Shown in pieces: positions 36,876 to 49,974 of a DNA stretch of 64,000 nucleotides. The DNA comes from Podarcis tiliguerta (Eukaryota). Position numbers and translations under genes: made by a program. The notes under the pieces are model-generated. The model saw nothing but the letters and a program-made list of their open reading frames with translations. It searched no databases and was not told the DNA's origin. Numbering within the stretch: the stretch's first letter is position 1; each line of letters begins with the position of its first letter. The stretch is taken from assembly GCA_965153285.1 (NCBI GenBank), contig OZ229122.1. One strand, written 5' to 3'.

Positions 36876-37269
36876 TAGAAAGAGAACATTTTATAAAATG
36901 TCTCTGTAGGTTTCTGATCATTATCTAATGGTCATTATCACCAAATGCAGGGCAGAATGAGAGGGCGAAAGACACTGATAAATCCAGAAATGAGCAGAGC
37001 AACTTGGTTCTACTAGGAAATGTTTTGGCATTCTACTCCACCAGTACTCTGGGGTGGACTTTGGATATCAGAACACCTTTGGATTTGGATATCAGAACAT
37101 CTGCCCTGAGGGGCCCATTGAAGGAAGCAAAAAAATAAATAAATGAAAAAGAAGTGCAGCAACAGGGCTTGGAGAAGCCCACAAGATGTGTGAGCTCTGC
37201 CCTGTAGGTTGTCTCGAGAATTGGCCTAGAACCAGCCACCAGGTGTTGGTCTGCTCTGGAAAATATAGG

Positions 37270-38691
37270 GCCCATAGTTGGGGAATGGACAACCAGCTAA
37301 TCGAACAGGTCAAAGTTTTCAAATATCTTGGCCTTATTTTCCAGTCTATGGGGTCATGGGGAGCACACCAGAAATGTACAAAAGAAAGTGTCCCAAAGCG
37401 CCAAAATTCTGGCATGCTTTTTCTATACAAAAGGTGGTAAACATATCATCAATCCTGGAAGTGTTCCAAGCTAAACCCCTAGCACAGCTATTATATGGGG
37501 CTCAGATTTGGACAGGCACTCACCTTGGATCTATGGAAGCTGTCCAATCAAAGTTCTTAAGGCAAATTTTCTCTGTCCCACCTTGTGTCCCAAATGCATC
37601 ATTGCGTCTAGAGGCTAATCTTTGCTCGGGAGAATTATAGATCTGGCATAGGACACCTCACTATTGGCTTCGCCTAAACTCAAATCCCCCTGGTCTAATA
37701 TCCCTAGTGGTGCAAGATTGTCACTAGAGCGCCTGAACTAAAAATGTGTATCATAAACTTCACTCCTGTGGTTTATCACCACAACAGCTGCTCACTTTGG
37801 GTTTTAGTAAAGCAAACAGTCTAATTTGTCAGCGCCTAAATGATACCGAGCGTCAGAACAACTTGACAACAATAAGGAAATTTTGCCCATGGTATAACTA
37901 TTTTCCACCTTCCCATTTAGACTCTCTGGCGCCCTTTCTGCATGACCTAGCAATTCTAAAATATAGACGTGTTTTTACTCTTGCAAGATTGAATATATTG
38001 CCCTCAGCTGCACTTGAGGGACGATTCCAACAGATTCCACACGAAAAACGCTTCTGTCCCTATGGAGATGGCAGTACTGAATTGGTGGCGCATGACCTTC
38101 TGGATTGCACTCTTTATAAAGACTTGAGGAATGAGGTTCTCAGCCCTCTTTTATGGTCCATTCTGGGCAGCGGCGGAACATATGCCCGCGCTGCCCAGGG
38201 TGGGCGCGCTCCCAAGGGGGGGGGGCGTGATGCCCGGAATAGCCGCTCAGGTGCTGGAGCAGGGGGCAGATTGAGCTGCCCATGGTGGACATTTGGCGCA
38301 CTGCCCACCTGCGACTCCCAAGTCTCCCCCAAGCTGTCAAAACAAAGGGGGAAGGGGGGGGAATGCCGCCGGCAAAGTGGCACAGCTCCCCCCTTTCCCC
38401 AACGGCTCGGGTAGGCTTAGGAGTCGCAGGTGAGCGGCACACCAAATGTCATCCCCCTCAGTGAGGGTACCCGGGGGGTCCGCCCCCCCTTCCCAAGCCC
38501 CTGATGAGCAGGAGACAGCAAAGGTTGCAAGTTTTTTAGCTGGGGCAATCAGAATAAGATCCACTATTTGACTATTGATTCAAAACCCTAAAATGCATTT
38601 TATATAATTGACTTTTTATTTCTATTCTTTGTATATCTTATTGTTGTTTTATTGCTATGGCTGATGCAAATAAAGATTCATTCATTCATTC
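37270..38691 (+). mobile_element. RTE-X-like LINE 3' part (post-RT region, C-terminal Cys/His motif, 3' UTR), degenerate
   Basis: IEQVKVFKYLG, LLYGAQIW, EAVQSKFLRQI, FTLARLNILPS...RFCP...VAHDLLDCTLY motifs; AATAAA followed by an (ATTC)n tail at ~38669-38691. Confidence 0.85.
38168..38503. mobile_element. GC-rich hAT-like MITE inserted in the RTE-X-like LINE
   Basis: Starts CAGCGGCGG; internal inverted repeat CACCTGCGACTCC/GGAGTCGCAGGTG; LINE ORF resumes after it (TAKVASFLAGAIRIR). Confidence 0.65.
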
Positions 38692-38968
38692 CTCCAGTCC
38701 TGGTGCTGGAAATTTCTGTTGAGGCAGCTGCAGGGCTGTCATTTAGAGCACAGCTGAAAGTTACTGGATTATTATTATTTTTTTAAAAAAGTGTGTGGGA
38801 TTCTTTTTCTTTTTCTGAGCCCCACCCCAAGCAGGAAAAATATTCTCCTTTTTGTGTGTGTGGCAGCTCCCCCCCCCCCCCGCTGCCCCCCAGCACCTCA
38901 GAATGATGCCAGGTCCAAGCTATTGTGAGGGGTGCCAAATGGTGGAGAATTTTGAGGTGCCATAGGCA

Positions 38969-39265
38969 CAGTGCCAGATTTATGTATTACGTAGCTAAAC
39001 AAGCTCTAGCTTAGGGCCCCACTCTCTTGGGGCCCCTCAAAAAATTAAAGGAAAAAAACCCACTGGGTGTACATTTCCAAAATATAAGATAAAAAAACTA
39101 ATAAAATAAAACCTACACACAGCAACAGTGTTTAGTGTTGTGTAGGTCCATAAATTACCATATAGCATATATTCTTCACAAAAAACAGCAACAATTCATT
39201 GTTGACAAAGGTCAGCTGGACATATAAAAGGCCCCATTACCTTCATCAGCTGAGGGCCTCATCAG
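38969..39265. mobile_element. hAT-like MITE (internally deleted)
   Basis: CAGTGCCAGATTTA start and subterminal AGCT.AGGGCC repeats at both ends. Confidence 0.6.
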
Positions 39266-40029
39266 ACTCATCTAATGCCATTTAGAGAAAGAAACAGTCC
39301 CCCCCCCCCCGGTGTTTCTGATGACATGGGGCTATTTTTCAGGCTCATCTATATCTTTGATTATGAGGAGAAGGAAGTCTAAAAAGTAATCACTTCAGAT
39401 GCTTTTAAGATTACACTGCTGATTTACAGTTTGGTTTTAAATCTATCTATGAATATGCATTCATGCTTGGGCGCATTATCTCTGTCTTGGAGCTTGCTTC
39501 TTCCTATTCCTGTTGCTTTTCAGAGACATTTTTCTCTCATGAATCTTGTTAGCCAGAAGATTTCTGTGGTGCATCCCTGACTGGCCACATTAAATTTGCC
39601 AATGGCCCGTAAAACCATGTTAAGTTCAATCAATCCCATAGGCCTCTTAGTAGTAACACTGAAGAAGAGGACATTTCAGTAGATAGATATGTATCTTCTT
39701 TCAGTAAAGAGTTAGGTAGGAAATGTCAATTCTGACATAATTATGTTATAATTCCAAAACTATAGTGACTCCCACCCTTGAAATAGTTCACTGTTAATAA
39801 TCGGATATCCATCAAATCTCACTACTGTAATAACATCTGATAATGATTATATTAAAAGAGAACAATTTTAATTTTTTTGCAGAAAAACTCCCTCTAAGAC
39901 CAACACAAGGCATGGTTGGCAAGAGCAGTGGGCCCAGATCAAGGCCACAGAGAAAGCTTGTCAAAGAGGATTCCATACTCTCCCACATTTCTCGGATGAA
40001 AATAGGGACATCCCATTCCATAATGCTAG

Positions 40030-40400
40030 TATTACTATTTATACCCCAGATATCTTACAGGGTTGCCTCAGCCACTTTGGGCAGCTTCCAACTTGTATAA
40101 ACACATAATAAAACATTAAACTTTTGTTCCTATTTTCATCTGCGGAATGCCAATTCAAAGTGTTGGCTTTTCTAAAGCCCTACATGATTTAGAATACTTA
40201 AAGGACTTTCCAGTGTCCACCCTCTGAGGTTTGCCCCTTATTTTGCCACCATCTGAAACTTGGCTGCTGGCTATGAAGGACAAGGTCTTCTTGGGAATAG
40301 CACCCAGAACAAAAATTTCCCCCCTCTGTTTTTTCTATAATAGTTTTTAGATGTGTAGAAAAGACACTTTTATTTTGCCAGGAACTTGGTGGGTTGCAAT
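40030..40400. mobile_element. L2 fragments (minus-strand tail followed by plus-strand 3' ORF remnant)
   Basis: TATACCCC...CAGCCACT.TGGGC.GCT tail; CAATTCAAAGTGTTGG...AAAGCCCTA motif. Confidence 0.55.
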
Positions 40401-41896
40401 TTTATTTGGTTTTATTAATGCTTTTTTATTCTTCTATTGATGCTTGATATTATATTGTTATAGATTTTGAGTGCCAGAGTTTGTGGGTGCAAGGCACCCA
40501 TACTTATTAGATTAAGTAAATTTTAGGATTTAACCAATACTTTGAATATTAAGAGAAGGAGCCAGACATTGGATTTAGCAGTGCAAAAGCAAAGGCTAGA
40601 CTTGTTTTTTTCCTGACTAGGGAATTGCCTGGAGATAAGGCATTAAGAAACAAAGACAGAAAATAGATCTTTAATCTAAAGGGGTCTACAGAGCGTTTTC
40701 CTGTTTGCCAAGATAATCTCCCCTTCACAGTCCTTTCCCCATGTACTGAATTCCACTCCAGAATGAAGGCCCAGATTTGCAGTGCCAAACGCTGTAGATT
40801 CCATCCTTCTGAAAACTGCTGCTGATGAGAATTTGATACAGCATGCATGCATACTGCAGCCCATCTCAGATGAGAATCTGTGATAGCTGGAACAATAACT
40901 CCCTGTCATGTAGTCACATTGTTGAGAGGCTGGCGCACTATCAGATCAATGTAATCTTTTCCTCTTAGGAGGAGAGTAGCTAAGCTAGACGGCAGGACAG
41001 CATCTTCCAGGGCACCGCAGTGGATTGTGTAACTGGCATAAATAACCAGAGGAAAGCTTTCAGTTTTGACATCAAAGCTGCCCAAAATGTCCTGCTCATA
41101 GGTTTTTTGCCCACATTTCTCGCCTCACCAAGGTCTTTTAGTGAGTCTTTTACTGCAAATCTTTGATCTAGGTAGATTGCATCAAAACCATTTTACAGTT
41201 TCTTACAGCAATGTGTGTTTCTCTAGTAACAAGTTTATCTGTATCACATGGCTTTAGTTATCTGACCCTTCAGCAAAACAATGTACCGTAATTTCCTTCC
41301 AGACGTGCAAAGAGGTACCCATATTCAGGTTTGAGTGACATTCACACATCTTAAATGTGATTAATTTGAAAACCACTGATTATCAAATAGGAGCTTCAAT
41401 ATTTTGACTGCCCTGGTTGAAATGGTCCCCATTGTTGTGGTCCAAACCTGATGCTTACCCAGATGCCTCCTGCCTCCTTGGCTTCTTTAGCTGTCTTCTA
41501 GGGAGGATCTGACAAGCGCAGGGAGGAAGCAGACCTGAGTGTACGTTAGACCTGATATGAGACAGATTTGCCTTCAATGCCTATCGGGGGCAAGATCTTT
41601 GGGCATGTGCCATTTCTGCACTCTGTACCTGATGTTTTTGCCAACTCCAGAACTCCAGAACAAATTTACGTTTTAATGCTATTTTGGCAATTGCAACAAT
41701 AAATAACTCTTTTTAAAATTCAATGGTTCTCTCTAATCCTTCCCAGTAATAAACCAAACCAGTGCAGAGTGCAGCCCCTCCACGATGTGCTGCAAACCTG
41801 TGCCAATGATCTAGAAATACCACACTTGCATAAGACCACAAGTCACATAGATGTTAAGTACAACATGTGTATCAGGGACATGTTTTATTAGTCATT

Positions 41897-42033
41897 CTGG
41901 ATAGCTCAGTTGGTTAGAGCCTGGGGCTGAGAATGCCAAGCTTGCAGATTTGATCCCCGCATGTTCCTGCATTGGCAGGGGTTGGACTGGATGATCCTCG
42001 GGATCCCTTCCAACTCGATGATTCTATTATCTA
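41897..42033 (+). mobile_element. tRNA(Ile)-like head plus CR1-tail SINE
   Basis: TAGCTCAGTTGGTTAGAGC.TGG.GCT head; GGTTGGACT.GATGATCCT...CCCTTCCAACT...ATTCTAT CR1-type tail. Confidence 0.75.
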
Positions 42034-44329
42034 TGTGCAAGCCTGGTAACATAAGACAAACAGCATTTTTTTTTCTACCACAAGCAGTTTCATTTCAAGA
42101 TGAAATTTCAGAAATAGTAATTTATTAGTTGTAACTTGATACCCATCTAATGGAAAATTAAATAACATCTTTAATGTGGCTAGAGATATTTTTTCTCCCT
42201 CTTTCACCAAAATATTAGAATTTGGGTCATCCAATGAAGCTGATTAGCAGTAGCGTCACACAGCAATTAACAAATCTATAACAGATAGATATATTGTGGT
42301 AAATCATTTTTAATGATAGTGCAGCAAATAACATACCTTATAAATAAGATAAGATAAAAATATGGAACTCTGCTCAGCAAGACATGGCAATGGCTAGTCG
42401 CTTAGCTCTTATTCATGGAGATCTCTTGGCCAAGCAGATCTCTTGGCCACGCTGGCAGCAGTCAGTGAACCTCCTCTGTGCCAGATGCTGGGATGATCAA
42501 AACAAGGGAAGGCTACCTTTTCCGAGCCTTGCCTATTATCTGCGGGCACCCAAGTGGCCTTTCTTAGAAGCAGGGAACGGGACTGCATATATCCCAGACT
42601 TCAGGGCTATTTCTTGCCAAATTCCAATGACTAAATGAATCAAACTCTTGAAACAGCTTTATAACATGCGAGTGAAATTCCTGAATAAATCTGGTTTCTG
42701 AACCGTTTCGCTGAAGATGAAAGCTGTTTCTGTCATGTAACAGCTTTCAAATACGAAAATAATAATAATACATAATAGGTATTAAACATGCATAATGTTA
42801 CTACAGCCAGTGGAGATTGATTTTTCGCATGAATATTAACATTTGTCTGACTCAAAATGATTTGTCTGACTTCTAAATATGATTTTGAGAGCAGAAGATG
42901 AAAGGCAAGGATACTTATCCAATTACTTTCCCCTTACCATGGCATCTAAAAGTTTCTTGGCTATGAAGCATAGTTCATACTTCCTCAATATGGCATTAGT
43001 GATTTGTTAATTATGTTATGAACTTCACTGCATTCCACCGCCCACCCCCCAATTTAATCTTTCAGCTGTTTATCCTGTACCTAATAAAATAACAGATAAT
43101 TAGAGGCTAATGCCAAATTTCCCTGAAGAGGGGAGCTTCTGTCCCTGACGCTTTGTAAACAGGGAAATTTAAATTACTTTTTCTGTCCAAATATGCACCC
43201 AGCAGTTCAAGATTTCTTCTGGTATCACAATAAATAGCAATGTGGTAATTAAGTTACATTCCAAGCAAGCATAGGGATGCGGTTCCAACTTGTCCTGCCA
43301 AATCCTGAAGGATGCCATGGACAGTAAATTTAAAATGCAAGACTGCCCCTGGTTCACACGGTGTTGTTAAATATAATTAAACAAAAATTAGTACATAAAT
43401 AAAATGTCAGTGCCAGGAAAGGGGGCGGAGAGAGAAATTTGCTCATAGAAAATGTTTTACCAAAAACTTTACTTTCATTTTAGTGGAGGAAAATATGGAA
43501 TATTATTTGTTACTGTACTGCAAAGTCAACAAAGGAAGACTCCCAAGTGCAATCGAATGCATATTTTCTCATTATGAACCCTTTTGGCAGTGACTCCACA
43601 TCTATGAAACTCCCTCCTGGGGGAAGGGGGAGGTTTATGCAGGCAGCTCCTTTGAGCAGGCAGTGAAAACTCATTTCCTTCCAATGGCTTCTTTCTTCTT
43701 TCTTCTTGTAAAAGAAGATGATGTGGTCCTAAAAGTTTTAAACTGACTATGCTGTTTTTAAGGCGTAGCTGGTTTTAATGGTAGTATGCTGGTTTTATTC
43801 TATTTTATTATTTGGATATCTTTGTATCGTTGTTTTTGCAGTTGGTTGCTTCTTGGTTTTGTTGCTTTTAGACAGCACAACGCCTTGGGCTGGCCCTGGT
43901 CGCTTCTGATAAGATGGAGAGTGGCATTCACATGGCACTTTATTCCATTTTCACAATTTCCCCCTAATGTTCCATGTTATATTTGAGCTGTCACACGATG
44001 TAAAAACCACTTCTGGAACTATAGTGGTATATAGTGGAAGTTTGGAACTCATTTCCACGTTATCTGCCTCCAGGGGGGAAAAATCAAATTGCAAATAATA
44101 TGAAAATGGACACTAAACTAGTGCTGTGTTCCTCTATATATGGCCCTGGAGGGAATTTTACAGTTTATGTCTGAACCCATGTCCATGTCTCCCATTCAGG
44201 TGTATTCATATACACTCTGTCAGAGAGATTTGGTTTCTTTTGCTGGATTTATAACGTGCATCCATTGATCACTATGTGTTTTACCCTTAATCTTATGCCC
44301 ACAAAAAGTTTTCATGCAAAAGTTAAAAA

Positions 44330-44950
44330 TAGCTTCATTTATTATATGAAATGAAAGTGACAGAATATATAAATGCTATAGAATATATAAAAGCCTATAG
44401 AAATGAAAATTTTGCCAGCAGGACTCGCACTAATAGTAAGTTCAGTAATGGAGAGCAAGGAAGGAAGAGTATACCAGTGTTGTGAGCACTGAATGAATGT
44501 CCTCGCTGGAGCTAGGAGAGCCACTAGCTACAAATTTGAGGGCACCTTTATACCCTTTCCTTCATGGATAAGGGAGGGGGCTTTGAGATTAACAATTCCT
44601 GTAGTTTTTTTTTGTCTTTCCCCCAGAGTTCCTGCTAATTTATCAACTCACCATCTTGCAAATTAAGTTTGAGGCACTGTTATTCTAGTGGCCTTTGATT
44701 GGTTATCTTTTGTCTGCTCTCTGCCTTCAAATTATATTAACATTATATTGATGGTCTCTATTCCGGGGATGAATGGACTGTACTTGGCAACTAAGTCTGC
44801 ATGTGCTGACCTTTGTGCAAGGTGTGAAGAACTCAGAATATGCCTGAATGCCTTTTAGCAAAGGAGTCTGGGATCAGACAAGTACCAGGCTCACCAAAGT
44901 TCACGAATGGGGTATCTCTTGTCATATTAGGTTATGTCCGTTTTCTTACA
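44330..44950 (-). mobile_element. ERV-like LTR (family shared with 3911-4560)
   Basis: Shared sequence blocks with 4330-4560; minus-strand TATAAAAG at ~44546-44553. Confidence 0.5.
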
Positions 44951-45787
44951 TATGCCATGATCTACACTAATAAATCATAGAATAACTTCAGATTGACACA
45001 CAAACCTATTCACAGGGAGATCTGTATATCACAAGGCTTCAGATAAAATGTGACATAAGAACATGTGAGTCCCTTTCACTCTGCATCTTGGCCAAAGTTG
45101 ACATATGTTTAGGAGTCACCATCTAGTTTTGTCCAAAATGTGGTGGTTCTACTCAGTAGAAACATCTGTATGAATTTTGAGAGAAGGTGAAATAATCTGA
45201 TTTCAAATTTCTTTGTGTGGGGGGGGAGAGATGCAGTTCTCAATGAGGCCATCTCTTCTTGTTCAAAGTGCAATCTGAAACAAATTTGGACCTTACTGAA
45301 GGAATTTTGAGCAACGCTAAACTGGAAATGCTACCTCTCTCTGAAAAGCATTCTCTTCCAGTCACTAGAAATCAACTTTAGAAAGAGAATGGCTTACTCT
45401 GTGAGTTCTTTGCATTCTCACTATTTTCACTTACTCTCCATAACAGTAGCTGTGTTGGTCTGTTGTACTAAGAAAAAAATTCTCTTTATATCCTCATTGG
45501 ATCCAGGGCTGCTTACTTCTGAGCAGACCTGCATAGGACTGGGTGTTTTAATCTGAGGTATCTATGGTGAAAAATGAAGTATTTATCCCAGATTACTTTC
45601 CTCTGGCTCCATAATCTGCTGGTATGTGGTCCTTGACAGATTACCTCTGAAGGAATGAGACCCTTGACAGAAAGAGGCTTACGAACCACAGTCAAGGCAT
45701 TTCTGGAGGAAATAGATGAATTTACCCTGGCACGTCAATATGAGAATTTCTTGTAGAAAATATTCAGTGGTCAAGCAATGGTTTTAT

Positions 45788-46000
45788 TAGGGCTGCCATA
45801 TGTCCGGAATGGGATTCACCTGTCAAAAATGGAATTTTCATAAAGCGGCTAAAAATGTCCAGGAAAACCTGCATGGCAGCCCATATTGGGACTGTTATTA
45901 TTAAAAATAGGTAAAAACTTTGTATTTGGGGGGGGAAATTTGGAAAAAATGCTCAACAGTTTTTGGGTCTGGATTTTCTCTTTTAGAAATATGGCAAGTT
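45788..46000. mobile_element. Degenerate hAT-like MITE
   Basis: TAGGGCTGCCATAT start and ATATGGCAA end. Confidence 0.45.
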
Positions 46001-47749
46001 AGTTTTATAAATAGAATAGACCATCTGAGGATCTTCTGTGTCATATGAGGCTAAAAATTCAGCAACTTGTTCAAGAATATGTGCAACATAATATAGTAGT
46101 AACATGCTGAGTATATGCTTTCTGCTTACCTGAGCACTATTTCTTTTAAACAGATTAATATTATTTTTAAAAGAAGCCATTGATGTGAAAGACCCTGTTC
46201 CACTGCTTGGTCTCAAGTATCCATGGAAACTCTGCGGAGCTCACTGGATAGTCTTGCTTTTAAGAATTATAGGAATAGATGGCATGCACACCTGAATGTG
46301 TCTCCAAGCGCTAGCCATTGCTTTTAATGTATGCAAATTCATATCCTACTGAAAGCAATGGGCAGCAGCATCATTCGGAGGTGCATCAAAGCAGAGTCCT
46401 TTTGCTTTTGATGTGTCACAGATATAGAAGCACATTCTCAAAGGATTTGTGTATCCAGCCAAATGAAAGTAAATAAGGTAGAGAGGTACAAAAACGGTGA
46501 GGTCAAGCTAATCATCCATAGGAGTGAAGCTGCAATACATCTGCTTTGGAAATTTAGCTTGCCGCATTGTACTAGCATTGTTTTTTCTTTAAAAAATAAA
46601 TGAAATGTGTGTTCTATTATTCACAGCCGTATAGCCAGTGTCTGGGGGCAAGCAGGGGCTGACCAGGTAGGTAAATCAAGCGGAGAAGCCAGAAGGAAGG
46701 TGGTTGATCAATCAGGCAAGTGGGAAAGCAGAATTGTGCAGTCTGAGAACAGCGCAGTCTGCGCCCAGGGAATGAGATGCTCAGAAGCAAGGCCAGAGTC
46801 GGAAGCTTTCTGAAATCTAACTAAAAGTCTGCAGGTCCTTTGCAGTCGTCCATCTCCTGCAGAGCTGGGAGCAGCAAGAGCACCTTCTGGCCACGTGTCA
46901 ATGAAGCTTGGCAGAGCACAAACCAGCGGCTCTGGCAAACTAATACAGTTGCACAGAGCATAAGGTACTTAAACACTTGCTGACAGACTAGCTCCTCTTT
47001 GACCCCTGACACTGTATAGTTGTTAGCAGGAAAGTCTGCTGCCTCTGATTGCTTAGCTTTATGGGTGACTTCAGGAAGGAAAATTACAGCGTTCCAGAGA
47101 GGTCAGGGTTATTCCAGAGAAGATTGCTCAAGCAACAATGAATCCGATCTAGGACTAGACATTTTTATTTCTCTGACTTCTATCTATATCCAGTTGGCTT
47201 TGAGCCCAAAATATCTCAATTAAACTCCACTTAGGTCTCAGGTGCTTGATACCTGATAGCTGTAGGTACTCTGGAACAGCCATAAATTCTCAGGGTAGAG
47301 TGGAAGGCTGGGGATCAGAGCTTATTGTAAAAGAGTACTAATCTAAATACAAATACATCAATGTTACATTTAATACAGGAACATTTAAAATCCTGGACCC
47401 TGAAATATTGGGGAGAGCCAGTTTTCTGAGTGCATGTCTGGAAGTTGGGCAACAGTGGTAGCACAGGATTCCTAATGGTGTACCGGCCTCCTCGCTGCAC
47501 CAAAGATTCCCTGCCTGAGCTGCTTCAGGTTGTGGCAGATGTTCTCCTGGAGACACAGAGGCTGCATCTACATAGCTATTTAAAATGCTCTGAAAATGCT
47601 CTGAGAAAACCCGTTTTAAAGCTCACAATGGAAATTTCATAGAGTTCTGATTTCAGCTCTACAGCACAATTGGGTGTCATAGTGTTATAACACATTTATA
47701 ACCTTTTATTTTTACTAATGTAGCTGAGTCCCTAGTCTGGTGGTCCTAG

Positions 47750-48928
47750 TCTGGTGACACAAACATACGAGGGGCCGCTTGGGACTTTATGGAAAACATG
47801 GACTGTCCCTGAATAAATCTGACCCTACTAATAGTCAGGAACATGCTTTAGATCTGGTGTTCACCTCTGTGGATGTGGGTGATTTGACATTAAGTTCCAG
47901 TGGAACCGAAGAAGTGTCATGGTGAGATCACTTCCTCGTGCAACTAGACCTCCATGATCCTTCCCCTCTGCAGGGAGGTGGGATCAATTCTAATGGTCCA
48001 CTCCACCACTTAATAGATCCAGATGGCTTCAGGACTCCATCTCCCTCATGCTTTTTAACATTTACATGAAGCTGCTGGGAGAGATCACCAGGGGGTTTGG
48101 GCTGGGTGTTCACCAATATGTGGATGATACCCAGCTCAACCACTTGCTTAAATCAGAACCAGTGAAGGTGGTGAACATCCTGTGTGAGTGGAGGCAGTTG
48201 GAAGATGAATGGCAGTTAATGGATTAAGGCTGAAACCTGACAAGATAGAAGTACTGTTTCTGGGGGACAGGGGGCAGGCAGGTATGGGGGACTCCCTGGT
48301 CCTGAATGGGGTAATTGTGACCCTAAAGGACCAGGTGCACAGCATGGGGGTCATTTTGGACTCACAGCTGTCCACGGAGGAGCAGGTCAATTTTGTGTCC
48401 AGGGCAGCTGTCTCCCAGCTACATCTGGTACGCAAGCTGAGACCCTACCTGCCCGCTATCTCACCAGAGTGGTATATGCTCTGCTTATCTCCCACTTGGA
48501 CTACTGCAATGTGCTCTACGTGGGGCTACCTTTGAAGGTGACCCGGAAACTACAACTAATCCAGTCACCAGCTAGACTGATGACTGGGAGCAGCCATCGG
48601 GACCTTATAATACCAGTCCTAAAGGATCTTCACTGGCTCTCAGTAAGTTTCTGAGCACAATTCAATGTGTTGGTGTTGACCTTTAAAACCCTAAAAAGCC
48701 TCGGCCCTGTATAAATGAAGTAGCGTCTCCATCTCCATTGTCTAGCTGGTTCCCTCACTGCAAGACATGAAGCTACAGGAACCAGGCAAAGGACCTCCTT
48801 GGCAGTGGTGCCCACCCTGTGGAATGCCCTCCCATCAGATGTCAAACAGACAACTATTTGACTTTTAGAAGACATCTGAAGGCAGCCCTATTCAGGGAAG
48901 TTTTTAATGGTCAATGTTTCATTGTGTC

Positions 48929-48973
<45 letters not shown>

Positions 48974-49372
48974 TTTATTACTTATACCCCACCCATCTGG
49001 CCGGGCCTTCCCAGCCACTCTGGGCGGCTTGCCACCGAATATTAAAAACACGATAAAACTTCAAACATTAAAAGCTTCCCTAAACAGGTCTGCCTTCAGA
49101 TGTCTTCTAAAAGTCAGGTAGTTGTTCTTCTCTTTGACTTCTGATGGGAGGGTGTTCCACAGGGCGGGCGCCACTACTGAGAAGGCCCTCTGCCTGGTTC
49201 TCTGTAACCTCACTTCTCGCAGGGAGGGAACTTCCAGAAGGCCCTTGGAGCTGGACCTCTGTGTCCGGGCTGGATGATGGGGATGGAGATGCTCCTTCAG
49301 GTCTACTGGGAGCCACCCAGAGTGGCTGGGGCAGCCCAGTCAGATGGGTGGCATATAAATAATAAATTATTA
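47750..49372 (+). mobile_element. L2 LINE with large internal deletion (EN remnant joined to RT and 3' end), split by an antisense L2
   Basis: HALDLVF and DHFLV (APE), then LFNIYMK...HQYVDDTQL (RT), LISHLDYCN; tail resumes at 49308. Confidence 0.88.
48929..49307 (-). mobile_element. L2 LINE 3' fragment inserted antisense into the tail of a same-family L2
   Basis: (AAT)n run at 48929-48973; reverse complement matches 58720-59060. Confidence 0.88.
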
Positions 49373-49514
49373 TTGCTAAAATTTAAATTATTAAATTGCA
49401 TATAAATACAGTTAAAAATGAAGTTTGGCACCATACTAATAGTATTGGATAATAGCTTGTCCCTGCAAAGGGACTAAAACTCAACTCTATATTATATCAC
49501 TCACAAAATTTATA

Positions 49515-49635
49515 AGAATAATAATTACTATTATTTATTTGTACCCAGCCACTAGTTGCGGCTCCCAACAGAATATTTTTATTATTAATAATAATAAATA
49601 AAGTGATAAAACATCAAACATTAAAATCTTCCCTG
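49515..49635 (-). mobile_element. L2 3' tail fragment
   Basis: GCGGCTCCCAACA...AAACATCAAACATTAAAA..TTCCCT. Confidence 0.6.
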
Positions 49636-49974
49636 AATTTATATATTCAAGACATGTTCATAGCTGACAGAACTCACCTTTTGTCCTTTACTGGCAGGAT
49701 ATATATTGTCTTTCTTGCAATATTCTTTCTGAAGGTTGTTTGAAAGCTAGGGCTCTGCAGATGTCAACGATCTGGGTCAGTTTTATCTTGGTGTCTTCAG
49801 ACAAAATATTGCCTACTTTGAGATTCCTGTGTTGTCAACTTTATTGTTTGCTACCTAGGAAAGAGAATGGCTAAAATGAATCCAGGTTGTGAAATGGCTG
49901 GGGATTATTTAACAGAAAAGGGCTATATCCTAGTGATGCAAGTCAGACTTTAGTTTAAGTTGATTACTTTAAAA

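Noticed and set aside
37746-38464. 222-aa ORF with Gly-rich tail as a novel protein
   Set aside because: Chimera of the LINE C-terminus reading into an inserted MITE
26370-38691. RTE-X-like EN piece and RT/3' piece as one element split by a 9-kb insertion
   Set aside because: Very different decay levels, the RT core is missing, and the intervening DNA is ordinary old genomic sequence
41897-41962. tRNA-Ile gene
   Set aside because: Degenerate B-box and stems, fused to a CR1-type tail; it is a SINE
42718-42749. TGAAAGCTGTT...AACAGCTTTCA hairpin as a miRNA
   Set aside because: The stem is only 11 bp, too short for a pre-miRNA
3911-44950. Two same-orientation ERV-like LTRs as the ends of one provirus
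   Set aside because: They are 40 kb apart and strongly diverged, with no gag/pol/env between them; independent solo LTRs
45640-45756. Protein-like frame ...KAFLEEIDEFTLARQYENFL* as a terminal exon
   Set aside because: No recognisable homology and a weak acceptor; likely chance
48819-49121. Poly-Ile ORF
   Set aside because: Translation of the (AAT)n LINE tail
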